From contig CBDDIJ010000003.1 of the NCBI GenBank assembly GCA_965228855.1, positions 704,001 through 768,000 of the forward strand: a DNA stretch of 64,000 bases, read 5' to 3'. This document shows, piece by piece, positions 56,308-64,000 of the stretch. A program made the position numbers and the translations under genes. The notes under the pieces were generated by a model that was given only the letters and a program-made list of their open reading frames with translations, ran no database searches and was not told the DNA's origin. This DNA is from Candidatus Obscuribacterales bacterium (GTDB taxonomy: Bacteria; Cyanobacteriota; Vampirovibrionia; Obscuribacterales; Obscuribacteraceae). The first letter of the stretch is position 1. Each line of letters opens with the position of its first letter.

Positions 56308-57689
56308 ACTATCCGTTATGGGTGGTGCCGGTATTAGGCGGCACTTGGGTCGTCGGAATTATTTCCATCATCCACGTATATCTTTCTCACTTCGCTGTAG
56401 GTGGTGGCATCTTTCTGGCACTGGCTGAAGAATTAGCTTATCGACGTAAAGATGAGCGAATGTACGAGTTCTTACAGAAGCACTCTCGCTTCTTCCTTCT
56501 GGTAACCACTGTCGCTGGCGCTGTTACTGGTGTAGGAATCTGGTTCTCGATCAGCTTGGTCAGCCCTGACGGTATCCACTCGCTTATCCAGAGTTTCACT
56601 CTTGCTTGGGCTGAAGAATATCTCTTCTTCGTTGCTGAACTTGCGACTGCCTTTGCCTACTACTACACGTGGGGAAAGATATCGCGCGAGCAGCACCTTT
56701 TCCTTGCGCGTCTGTATGCGATCTTCTCTGTTTTCACGCTGGTGATAATTAACGGCATCCTCACATTTATGTTGACGCCCGGTAAGTGGCTGACTACTCA
56801 CAACTGGATGGATGGGGTTTTCAATCCAACCTATTTTCCATCGCTATTCATAAGACTTTTAATCATGCTTGCGATTGCCGGTATGTACGCGTTGATTACG
56901 TCGTCCATGATCAAGGAGTCGAAGTTCCGGACAGTCATGGTGCGATATGCAGCAAAATGGCTCTTGCCGGTATTTCTCCTTGGACCGGTTGTGACTATTT
57001 GGTTTTTAACCCAGGTCCCTCAAGCGTCTATCGAGACCATTTTCACAGGGATTCAAACATCAGGAGTCGGCAATTTTTCGATTCTCGCTCGAGCGCTTTA
57101 CTTGAGTCTGGTGCTTTCCGGAACAATTCTGATATTTGCCTTCTTCGGACCGTACCTTAACCCTCGAGCATTTACTTTCAGAATCGCTTTACTGTTCCTG
57201 GTCTGTGGTCTCGGGGCGACCGCCAGTACCGAGTGGATGCGCGAGATGCTGAGGAAACCGTATGTGGTGTACAACTATCTCTATTCAAACGGTCTTCATA
57301 AGGATGATGTAGCCTCAATTGCCCAAACCGGTTTTCTGCCGAAGAGTAAATGGTCGCGTGCCATCACCGATAGTTGCAAGGACGATACCGCATCTGGTGA
57401 AGCTATTTTCCGGTACCAGTGCATGTCGTGCCATACCGTAGAGGGCTATCGTAGTATGCGTAAGCTGCTGGGCGCTCGCGACGAAGATGCCATAATGAGT
57501 CTGCTGAGCATCCTCAGAGAAACAGATCCGAAGAAAAATAATTACTCCGGCATCATGCCTCCTCTCGCCGTAAATTCTGAAGAGCAGAAGAGTCTGGCTA
57601 AATACCTGGCTACGTTAAACGTAGCAGCGCGAGGCGAAACCGAGAAGGTAAGCGCGTTGCCGCATGATGACAAGAAAAAGCCGGAATAG
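56304..57689 (+). CDS. Cytochrome bd subunit I-like protein fused to cytochrome c
   Basis: GAVTGVGIWF, WAEE, EWMREMLRKPY; C-terminal CMSCH...MP. Confidence 0.88.
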   Translation: MNYPLWVVPVLGGTWVVGIISIIHVYLSHFAVGGGIFLALAEELAYRRKDERMYEFLQKHSRFFLLVTTVAGAVTGVGIWFSISLVSPDGIHSLIQSFTLAWAEEYLFFVAELATAFAYYYTWGKISREQHLFLARLYAIFSVFTLVIINGILTFMLTPGKWLTTHNWMDGVFNPTYFPSLFIRLLIMLAIAGMYALITSSMIKESKFRTVMVRYAAKWLLPVFLLGPVVTIWFLTQVPQASIETIFTGIQTSGVGNFSILARALYLSLVLSGTILIFAFFGPYLNPRAFTFRIALLFLVCGLGATASTEWMREMLRKPYVVYNYLYSNGLHKDDVASIAQTGFLPKSKWSRAITDSCKDDTASGEAIFRYQCMSCHTVEGYRSMRKLLGARDEDAIMSLLSILRETDPKKNNYSGIMPPLAVNSEEQKSLAKYLATLNVAARGETEKVSALPHDDKKKPE

Positions 57690-57753
57690 TTGTTCGGCTA
57701 CTCCGGACTATCAAAATACATCGAGCGTTTGTAGTATCTATTGTTGAACAGCG

Positions 57754-57975
57754 TCAGGTCGGGGTATCTTTGCCGGCAAGCAAAATCGCACCGCCTATGG
57801 TGACCAGGATGCCTATAACCAGAATGGGTGTGCCGAATACGATTTCCTTGCACATTATCAAATTCATTCCAGTAAAGGATCTTTCAATGCCGACGAATAG
57901 GAGTGAGAGTGGAATTATCTTCCACTGTCCGCTCTTGGAATACCATCGAGATTTTGGAGTCGATGTTTCATTCAT
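57754..57975 (-). CDS. Small membrane protein
   Basis: Two hydrophobic segments. Confidence 0.5.
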   Translation of the reverse strand: MNETSTPKSRWYSKSGQWKIIPLSLLFVGIERSFTGMNLIMCKEIVFGTPILVIGILVTIGGAILLAGKDTPT

Positions 57976-58133
57976 TTTCTTAGTCTCAATAGCCGAGGTC
58001 TGTACTGACCTAGTTTCAATATAGTAGGGCCGTATTGGTGCGACCTCATCCGAAAGGATGATCGCAAATAAGTCCCGGGAATGATGTTTGGTTCTATGCG
58101 GGCTGTCAGGATTTTTAAAGTCCGGTCTCAGCG

Positions 58134-58550
58134 GTGAGCAGAATTTCTATGTTTCTGAAGCAGATCCTAAGTTTCGTTCTTGCTGTTGCAGCGGGTCTGA
58201 CGGTGTCATCGTGCCAGAGTCGACCAGCCGTTGACTGGGTCTCCACCACCGGGGTTGTTAAGGACATAAAAGGGATTAGTCCGGAAGGCAACGCTGCAAC
58301 TAAGAGAAAACAGCCGCTCTTCGTTATCGTTAGCTTCAAATACACTTATAAAGACCAGGACTATGAGGGATCGCAGACTGTCAGCATCAATGCTCCGATG
58401 CACTTTCAAGTCGGACAGACGATTGCTTTGAAGGTGAACGCAAAGGATCCAAAAAAGGTAAATATTGACTTGCCGCCAGGACCGCCGGACAGGACCGGAC
58501 TGACATGGCGTCAGCTTCCTGAATACACTCGCGACACCGGGCGCCCGTGA
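58134..58550 (+). CDS. DUF3592-like lipoprotein
   Basis: Lipobox-like VSSC; W..TTGVV...FKYTY...Y...V..GQ.I...VN..DP. Confidence 0.65.
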   Translation: MSRISMFLKQILSFVLAVAAGLTVSSCQSRPAVDWVSTTGVVKDIKGISPEGNAATKRKQPLFVIVSFKYTYKDQDYEGSQTVSINAPMHFQVGQTIALKVNAKDPKKVNIDLPPGPPDRTGLTWRQLPEYTRDTGRP

Positions 58551-58560
58551 ATAGATAGTT

Positions 58561-58652
58561 CGCGACGACACGCTCGCGACTACCCGCTCGAAACGACACG
58601 CTGGAAACGACACGCTCGAAGCGACACGCTTGAAACGATATGCTTGAAACGA
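58561..58652. repeat. 14-bp tandem repeat, about 6.5 copies (consensus CGAAACGACACGCT)
   Basis: Units start at 58561, 58575, 58589, 58603, 58617, 58631 and 58645. Confidence 0.9.
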
Positions 58653-58708
58653 AGAGCCTCATCGATAGATGAAGCTCTACGTCGCAAGCGAGGTAAAATT
58701 TGCGGGAT

Positions 58709-61700
58709 TTAGTGTTTACCCGATGAAACGAAGTTTCTAGTTACCGTCGTCTTCGTGTTGTCGGACGTTCCTTCTCCTTCTAAGTTTCGTGGTCTCCGAA
58801 AGTTTTGAATCTTAAGCTTCCAATCGTCGACATATGTAAACACGACCGGCACCACGATTAGTGTCAAAAAGGTTGAGGTTATTAAACCGCCGACTACTGC
58901 CACCGCCATAGGTGAGCGCACTTCGGAGCCCGCTCCGATACCGAGGGCAATTGGCACCATGCCTGCGATCATAGCGACTGTTGTCATCAAAATCGGTCTC
59001 ATACGAGCCTCAGTTGCTTCGAGGATTGCCTCATGTCTTGGCACGCCACGGTGCATGGACATCAAAACGTACTCAACGAGAAGAATGGCGTTTTTCGTTA
59101 CAAGACCCATAAGCATGACTATGCCGATCAGAGCATACAAACCAACAGATTGATGGGCGACAATCAGACCGAGCGCGGCGCCACCGATTGCCATCGGGAG
59201 TGACATCATGATAGTGAGTGGATGCAGGAAGTCGTTGAAGAGCAGCACGAGAACTGCGTAGATGAGAACGACTGCTGCTGCGATCGCCATACCGAAGCCA
59301 GAGAATACATCTCGTTGAATTTCGACGTCGCCGCTCACATTCTCCTTGATAGATGCGGGCAAGTTTTTGAACGTCGGTAATTGGTGAATTGCCTTCAGTG
59401 CTTGACCGAGCGTCATATTGCTGTTTAACGTTGCGCTGATCGTGACCTGGCGATCTCTGTCATATCTGTCAATCTGCGCCGGACCGCTACCAAAGCGGAC
59501 CTCAGCAACTTCACTCAATGGAACCATTTGTCCTCTAAAGTTCGACACTTTAAGATCGCCGATTGAATCGATATTTCTGCGGTAACGCGGATCAATTTGA
59601 ACGCGGATGTTGATTTGACGATCCGGAAGGTCGAATTTGGCGAGATTGAAATCTACATCTCCGACTGTTGCCATGGTTGCTGTTCTTGCAATCTGTTGAA
59701 CGGAGATCCCATGATCCGAGGCTTTCTCGAAGTCCGGTATGACTTGAATTTCAGGACGACGCAATGCAGAACTGGAAGTGACGTCTGAGATACCGGATAC
59801 GGTGCGCATCTCTTTAGCAAGTTTTTCAGTTGTAGCTTTTAGCTGTCCGGCGTCAGGACCTACGAGCAAGATTTGAACTTTGCCGCCCAGTCCCATTGTG
59901 GCTGAGATATTTGCGCGAATTCCAGGAATCGCGGCAACCTCGGGCCGAATCATGTCCTCGAACTGCTGCTGCGAAATTTTTCGGTGAGAGCGCTCCTTCA
60001 GTATGACGTAGAGGTTCGCTTTATTGATGCTACCGGCGCTACCGGATGATCTGACGCCCGTGGTTGATGGAGTACCAACCGAGGCGAAAACGTGTTCCAC
60101 TTCCTGGTGTGCCATGAGCAGTTTGGTTACGCGAAGCGAAACGTCCGAAGTTGTTTCAAGCGTCGCTCCTGGCGGTAATTCAATTGCAACGAGACTTTCA
60201 CCGCGGTCAGCGGAGTTTACCAGCGAGGTCGGAAGCGCTGCCAACATGCCGACGCTTGCTACGAAGATGGCACCAGCGATGAGAACGGTCTTACCGCGAT
60301 GGTCGAGAGCCCAGGCAAGTAGTTTGTCAAAGAACTTCTGCACCGCATTCTTCGGCGGCTCCTCCGGGGCGCCTTTTAACCAGAAAGCCGACATCATAGG
60401 CGTAATCAAACGGGCGACGACGAGCGAGAAGAATACTGCAACTGCAACGGTTATCCCGAATTGTTTAAAGAATTGACCGGGAATGCCTCCCATGAAGGCG
60501 ACCGGGAGAAATACTACGATGATACTCATTGTCGTGGCGACTACAGCCAGACCGATTTCGTCTGCAGCTTCCAGAGCCGCTTCAAGAGGTTTCTTGCCCA
60601 TTTGCATGTGGCGAACAATGTTTTCTATTTCAACAATTGCGTCGTCTACCAGGATACCGATGACGAGAGCAAGTCCAAGAAGCGACATATTGTTAAGGGT
60701 GAAACCCAGCAGACTCATCACTGCGAATGTCGGTATCATTGACAGTGGCATAGCCAGGGCTGCAATGCCGGAGGCACGCCAGTCCCGAAGAAAGACCCAA
60801 ATTACTGCGATTGCCAGGGCGGCCCCAAGAAGCAGTGAGTCGATGGTTGCGTGATAAGACTCCATGACATAGCCGAGATTCGAGCGCACTTTTGTAATTT
60901 CGACATCCGGCATCTCCGCGCGCATCTTTTCCAGTGCCTTGTCGACGTTGGTGCCGACCTCCGCCATGTTACTGCCTGTGGAACGAATGATTGAAAACGC
61001 CACCGCTGGTTTGCCGTCCATCATTGCTAACTGGCGCTGTTCTGCGATGCCATCGCTTACGGTGCCTAGCGAATCTAGTGATGCCCAGGTGCCATTCTGC
61101 AAGGCGACACGAGTGTCTTTCAGTTGTTCAACCGATGTGGCACTACCAATGGTTCTAATCGATTGCTCCTGGGAGCCCACGGAGCCCCTGCCACCCGGCA
61201 TGTTGGCGTTCATTATCCTAACCTGGGTATTTACCAGATCGGCGGTCACGCCCAGGGCCTCCAGTTTTGCTGGATCGAGATCGATGTTAATTTCTCTGTC
61301 GACGCCACCCGCACGTTGAACCTGCCCAACGCCTTTAACTGCGAGTAGTCTTCTCGAAATTTCATTGTCGATCAACCAGCTCAGGTCCTTCACTGATTGA
61401 GTTTTCGACGAGACTGTATATGTTGCAAAAGGTCCTCCGACGAAATCTAATCGTTGAATCGTCGGTTCTTCAATTGCAGCGGGCAACTGGCTTCTAATAC
61501 GGGTTACCGCATCGCGAACATCATTGAGCGCTCTGTCCGTATTGGTGCCAAGTTCAAACTCGATTTTTGTTTGTGCCGTACCTTCGTTCAGAGTGCTTGT
61601 GATGTGTTTGATGTTGCCTATTCCGGCGACCGCATCTTCTACTCGCCTGGCGACCTGTGTTTCCAACTCAGATGGTGCCGCGCCATTCTCTGAAACAGTG

Positions 61701-61846
61701 ACCATGATCGTGGGCATATCGATGTTTGGGTTTTCATCGATGCCGAGATTGAAGTAACAAATCACGCCTGAAATCGAGAGTATCAGGAATAAGAGTATTG
61801 AAGGTATCGGTTGCCGGATTGACCAGGCTGAGATATTCCAGTTCAT
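58709..61846 (-). CDS. RND efflux permease (AcrB family)
   Basis: GILVDDAIVEIENI, KNAILLVE, RMRPILMTT. Confidence 0.97.
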   Translation of the reverse strand: MNWNISAWSIRQPIPSILLFLILSISGVICYFNLGIDENPNIDMPTIMVTVSENGAAPSELETQVARRVEDAVAGIGNIKHITSTLNEGTAQTKIEFELGTNTDRALNDVRDAVTRIRSQLPAAIEEPTIQRLDFVGGPFATYTVSSKTQSVKDLSWLIDNEISRRLLAVKGVGQVQRAGGVDREINIDLDPAKLEALGVTADLVNTQVRIMNANMPGGRGSVGSQEQSIRTIGSATSVEQLKDTRVALQNGTWASLDSLGTVSDGIAEQRQLAMMDGKPAVAFSIIRSTGSNMAEVGTNVDKALEKMRAEMPDVEITKVRSNLGYVMESYHATIDSLLLGAALAIAVIWVFLRDWRASGIAALAMPLSMIPTFAVMSLLGFTLNNMSLLGLALVIGILVDDAIVEIENIVRHMQMGKKPLEAALEAADEIGLAVVATTMSIIVVFLPVAFMGGIPGQFFKQFGITVAVAVFFSLVVARLITPMMSAFWLKGAPEEPPKNAVQKFFDKLLAWALDHRGKTVLIAGAIFVASVGMLAALPTSLVNSADRGESLVAIELPPGATLETTSDVSLRVTKLLMAHQEVEHVFASVGTPSTTGVRSSGSAGSINKANLYVILKERSHRKISQQQFEDMIRPEVAAIPGIRANISATMGLGGKVQILLVGPDAGQLKATTEKLAKEMRTVSGISDVTSSSALRRPEIQVIPDFEKASDHGISVQQIARTATMATVGDVDFNLAKFDLPDRQINIRVQIDPRYRRNIDSIGDLKVSNFRGQMVPLSEVAEVRFGSGPAQIDRYDRDRQVTISATLNSNMTLGQALKAIHQLPTFKNLPASIKENVSGDVEIQRDVFSGFGMAIAAAVVLIYAVLVLLFNDFLHPLTIMMSLPMAIGGAALGLIVAHQSVGLYALIGIVMLMGLVTKNAILLVEYVLMSMHRGVPRHEAILEATEARMRPILMTTVAMIAGMVPIALGIGAGSEVRSPMAVAVVGGLITSTFLTLIVVPVVFTYVDDWKLKIQNFRRPRNLEGEGTSDNTKTTVTRNFVSSGKH

Positions 61847-61899
61847 TTTCGCCTCAAGACATTTGTCTTTTCTATCGTTTTCCGCCCTGCCTCGTTTCC

Positions 61900-63390
61900 T
61901 TATCTCCCCACGGCAACGGGATCTTCATCATTCAGAAATCCGGCTCCCGCCACAATTATTTGTTCTCCGGGTTGAAGTCCGTTCCGAATTTCGGCGACAT
62001 CTTTCACGCGCGCACCGACGGCAACTTGATGCTTCCTCGCTAGTCCGTTTTCATAAGTGAAAACATAATCAACTCCCTCGTCGGAGAGGATTGCGCTGTT
62101 CGGCACTGTAAGAGCGTTGCGATTGCCCCGTTCAATTTGTCCTTTGACGAACATGCCGGGCTTGAATCCGGAATCCGCTGGAATCGCTATGCGCACGGTA
62201 CCAAGTCTGGTTGTTTCATCTACGACAGGCGAGATTTGAAAAACCTTTCCTTCTGCCGATCTCGTATTGTCAGTCACGTGGGCAAGCTGACCGACAGCCA
62301 GTCTCGAGATATCGTCTTGGGAGACCTTTGCCTTTAATTCGATGTTGCCTTTGCGGATCATTTCAAACAAAGGTTTGGTGCCGTTCGACAGATCGCCGAT
62401 GTGAGCGTAGCGCCTGGTGATCAAACCATCATCAGGAGCTCTCACTATGGTCTGTTCGATTTGAGCGCGCATTTGTTGAACCGCTGCAGCGTTTTCGTTC
62501 GCTGCAGCCTCCGAAATTTGAACGTCTTCTCGGCGACCGCCTTCTTTCGCCATTGTCAGTCGGTTGGCTGCCTGACGAGATGCAAACCGGGCGGCCTCCA
62601 GATTTTGCTGAGCTGCTCGGACGGTACTACCGGTGGTGAGTGCCTCAGTTTCCTTTGTTTGGGCTTCCATCTGGCTGACGGCGCCTTCCTTAAGAAGAGC
62701 TGCATAACGCGCCGCAGTGCTTTTCGCGAGTTTCTGCGACGCCTTCGCCTGGTCCAAAAGGGCGGTTTTGTTTTGAATATCGGCAAGACTTTGCTGGTAG
62801 GCGGCCTCGAATGAGCCAATATCCTCAACTCGATTGGGTTGCTCAGCCTTGATCAATGATGCATGTGCGCCTTGCAAGCGAGCCTCCGCCCCTGCCAGCT
62901 GCGCTCGAATGACCGATGAGTCCAGGGTGCAGAGGACTTGCCCTTTTTTAACATAGTCTCCTTCCTCGACATCGACTGTTTTGATGACCAGTCCCATTGA
63001 TGAGGAGCCCACGGATAGCGGGTCGGTTGCCGAAATTGAGCCGGTGAGACTGAGGGTGTCGGGCACTGCTCTCAGAGTGGCGGGAAGAACTGTGACTGTG
63101 GCGACCGGGACTTGCTTCGTCACTGCGGCCGCATCGTGAGCGCGCCCGTTGACCAGCATTGAGCCGGCTGCTGTTGCGCCAGTGAGAACTGCCAGGGCTC
63201 CGACGATTCCGAACGTTATATATAAGGACCGTTTTGAGAAACCTTTCGAGAAACCTTTCGAGACTGCCTTTCGTGCAGGCTCAGGCTGCTTTGTGGCTGT
63301 GCCCGACTCAATGCCGGCATCGATGCCGTCAGTTGTCGGTTGACCAGGCTGAGCAGGCTCTATTGGTTGGTTTCGACTGATTACCATCAT
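61900..63390 (-). CDS. RND membrane fusion protein
   Basis: VEEGDYVKKGQVL, long helical hairpin, RAPDDG, PGMF. Confidence 0.95.
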   Translation of the reverse strand: MMVISRNQPIEPAQPGQPTTDGIDAGIESGTATKQPEPARKAVSKGFSKGFSKRSLYITFGIVGALAVLTGATAAGSMLVNGRAHDAAAVTKQVPVATVTVLPATLRAVPDTLSLTGSISATDPLSVGSSSMGLVIKTVDVEEGDYVKKGQVLCTLDSSVIRAQLAGAEARLQGAHASLIKAEQPNRVEDIGSFEAAYQQSLADIQNKTALLDQAKASQKLAKSTAARYAALLKEGAVSQMEAQTKETEALTTGSTVRAAQQNLEAARFASRQAANRLTMAKEGGRREDVQISEAAANENAAAVQQMRAQIEQTIVRAPDDGLITRRYAHIGDLSNGTKPLFEMIRKGNIELKAKVSQDDISRLAVGQLAHVTDNTRSAEGKVFQISPVVDETTRLGTVRIAIPADSGFKPGMFVKGQIERGNRNALTVPNSAILSDEGVDYVFTYENGLARKHQVAVGARVKDVAEIRNGLQPGEQIIVAGAGFLNDEDPVAVGR

Positions 63391-63431
63391 TGTTCCGGAC
63401 TCCCAGACGCTTTTGACTATTTGTCACGATA

Positions 63432-63449
63432 ATGAATGAATTCATTCAT
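63432..63449. promoter_or_regulatory. Perfect 18-bp palindrome, likely TetR operator
   Basis: ATGAATGAATTCATTCAT between the divergent efflux operon and TetR gene, next to TATAAT. Confidence 0.75.
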
Positions 63450-63620
63450 CTATAATATTACGGACATCGAAATCTGTAAAATGTTCCGCTCCGAGCGGTG
63501 AAATTATTCTCCTGAAAGCTTTGCGGAGGTTCTGATTGCGGGTTTTCGCTAAAAAATTTCCCTGGTTTCGGGACGAATCTTGGATAATTAGGTCTGGAGC
63601 TACTACCGCAAGTCTGAAGA

Positions 63621-64000
63621 ATGGCAAGACCAATAGATCCGGAAAAACGAGCCGCGATTTTGCAAGCGGCGAAGATGATCATCGAACGCGATGGTTATCA
63701 ATCTGCGAAGATTGCGCAGATTGCAGCCGAGGCTGGTGTCGCCTCTGGTACCGTCTATCTCTATTTCGATTCTAAAGAAGCCATTGCTGCAGCGCTCGCT
63801 TCCGAATTTTTCGAGCTCGCCTCCGCACTTACACGCAAGCATGCGCCACAGCTGACCGAGCCCAACGGCGTAGAAAACTATATTGACGCCGTCGTTGAAT
63901 TCGCGATTGCAAATAAGGCTCTTCTAGAGCAACTCAAGCCGAATCCAAAAATGGCGGAGGATGAATACTCCAAGGAAAAACGCAGGGAGTTGCAGGGGCA
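63621..64000 (+). CDS. TetR/AcrR family regulator (truncated by window end)
   Basis: Hand translation MARPIDPEKRAAILQAA...IAAEAGVASGTVYLYFDSKE. Confidence 0.93.
   Translation, partial: MARPIDPEKRAAILQAAKMIIERDGYQSAKIAQIAAEAGVASGTVYLYFDSKEAIAAALASEFFELASALTRKHAPQLTEPNGVENYIDAVVEFAIANKALLEQLKPNPKMAEDEYSKEKRRELQG

Noticed and set aside
58561..58652. CRISPR array
   Set aside because: 14-bp head-to-tail units without spacers; no cas genes.

Overview
Bacterial chromosomal window of about 50% GC. The gene content (Ser/Thr kinase-LRR, TPR and WG-repeat proteins, a Rieske/cytochrome b operon coupled to a cytochrome c-fused bd-like oxidase) suggests Melainabacteria/Obscuribacterales; this is inference. 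Most of the window is ordinary metabolic, transport and envelope genes. The stand-out is a minus-strand RNA operon at ~20.5-24.5 kb. It holds 22 divergent tRNA genes, 2 degenerate tRNAs and at least 9 structured non-tRNA elements. Five of these share one conserved, covarying stem/internal-loop scaffold but carry different cargo: a circularly permuted tRNA-Trp, a tRNA-Asn core, an ACA-rich strand, a small hairpin, and one RNA fusing the 23S rRNA sarcin-ricin loop to the L11/GTPase-associated centre. A leader-peptide/terminator attenuator precedes the operon. Together this suggests a translation-stress-induced backup-tRNA and decoy system. All structures were folded by hand and not tested by computation.
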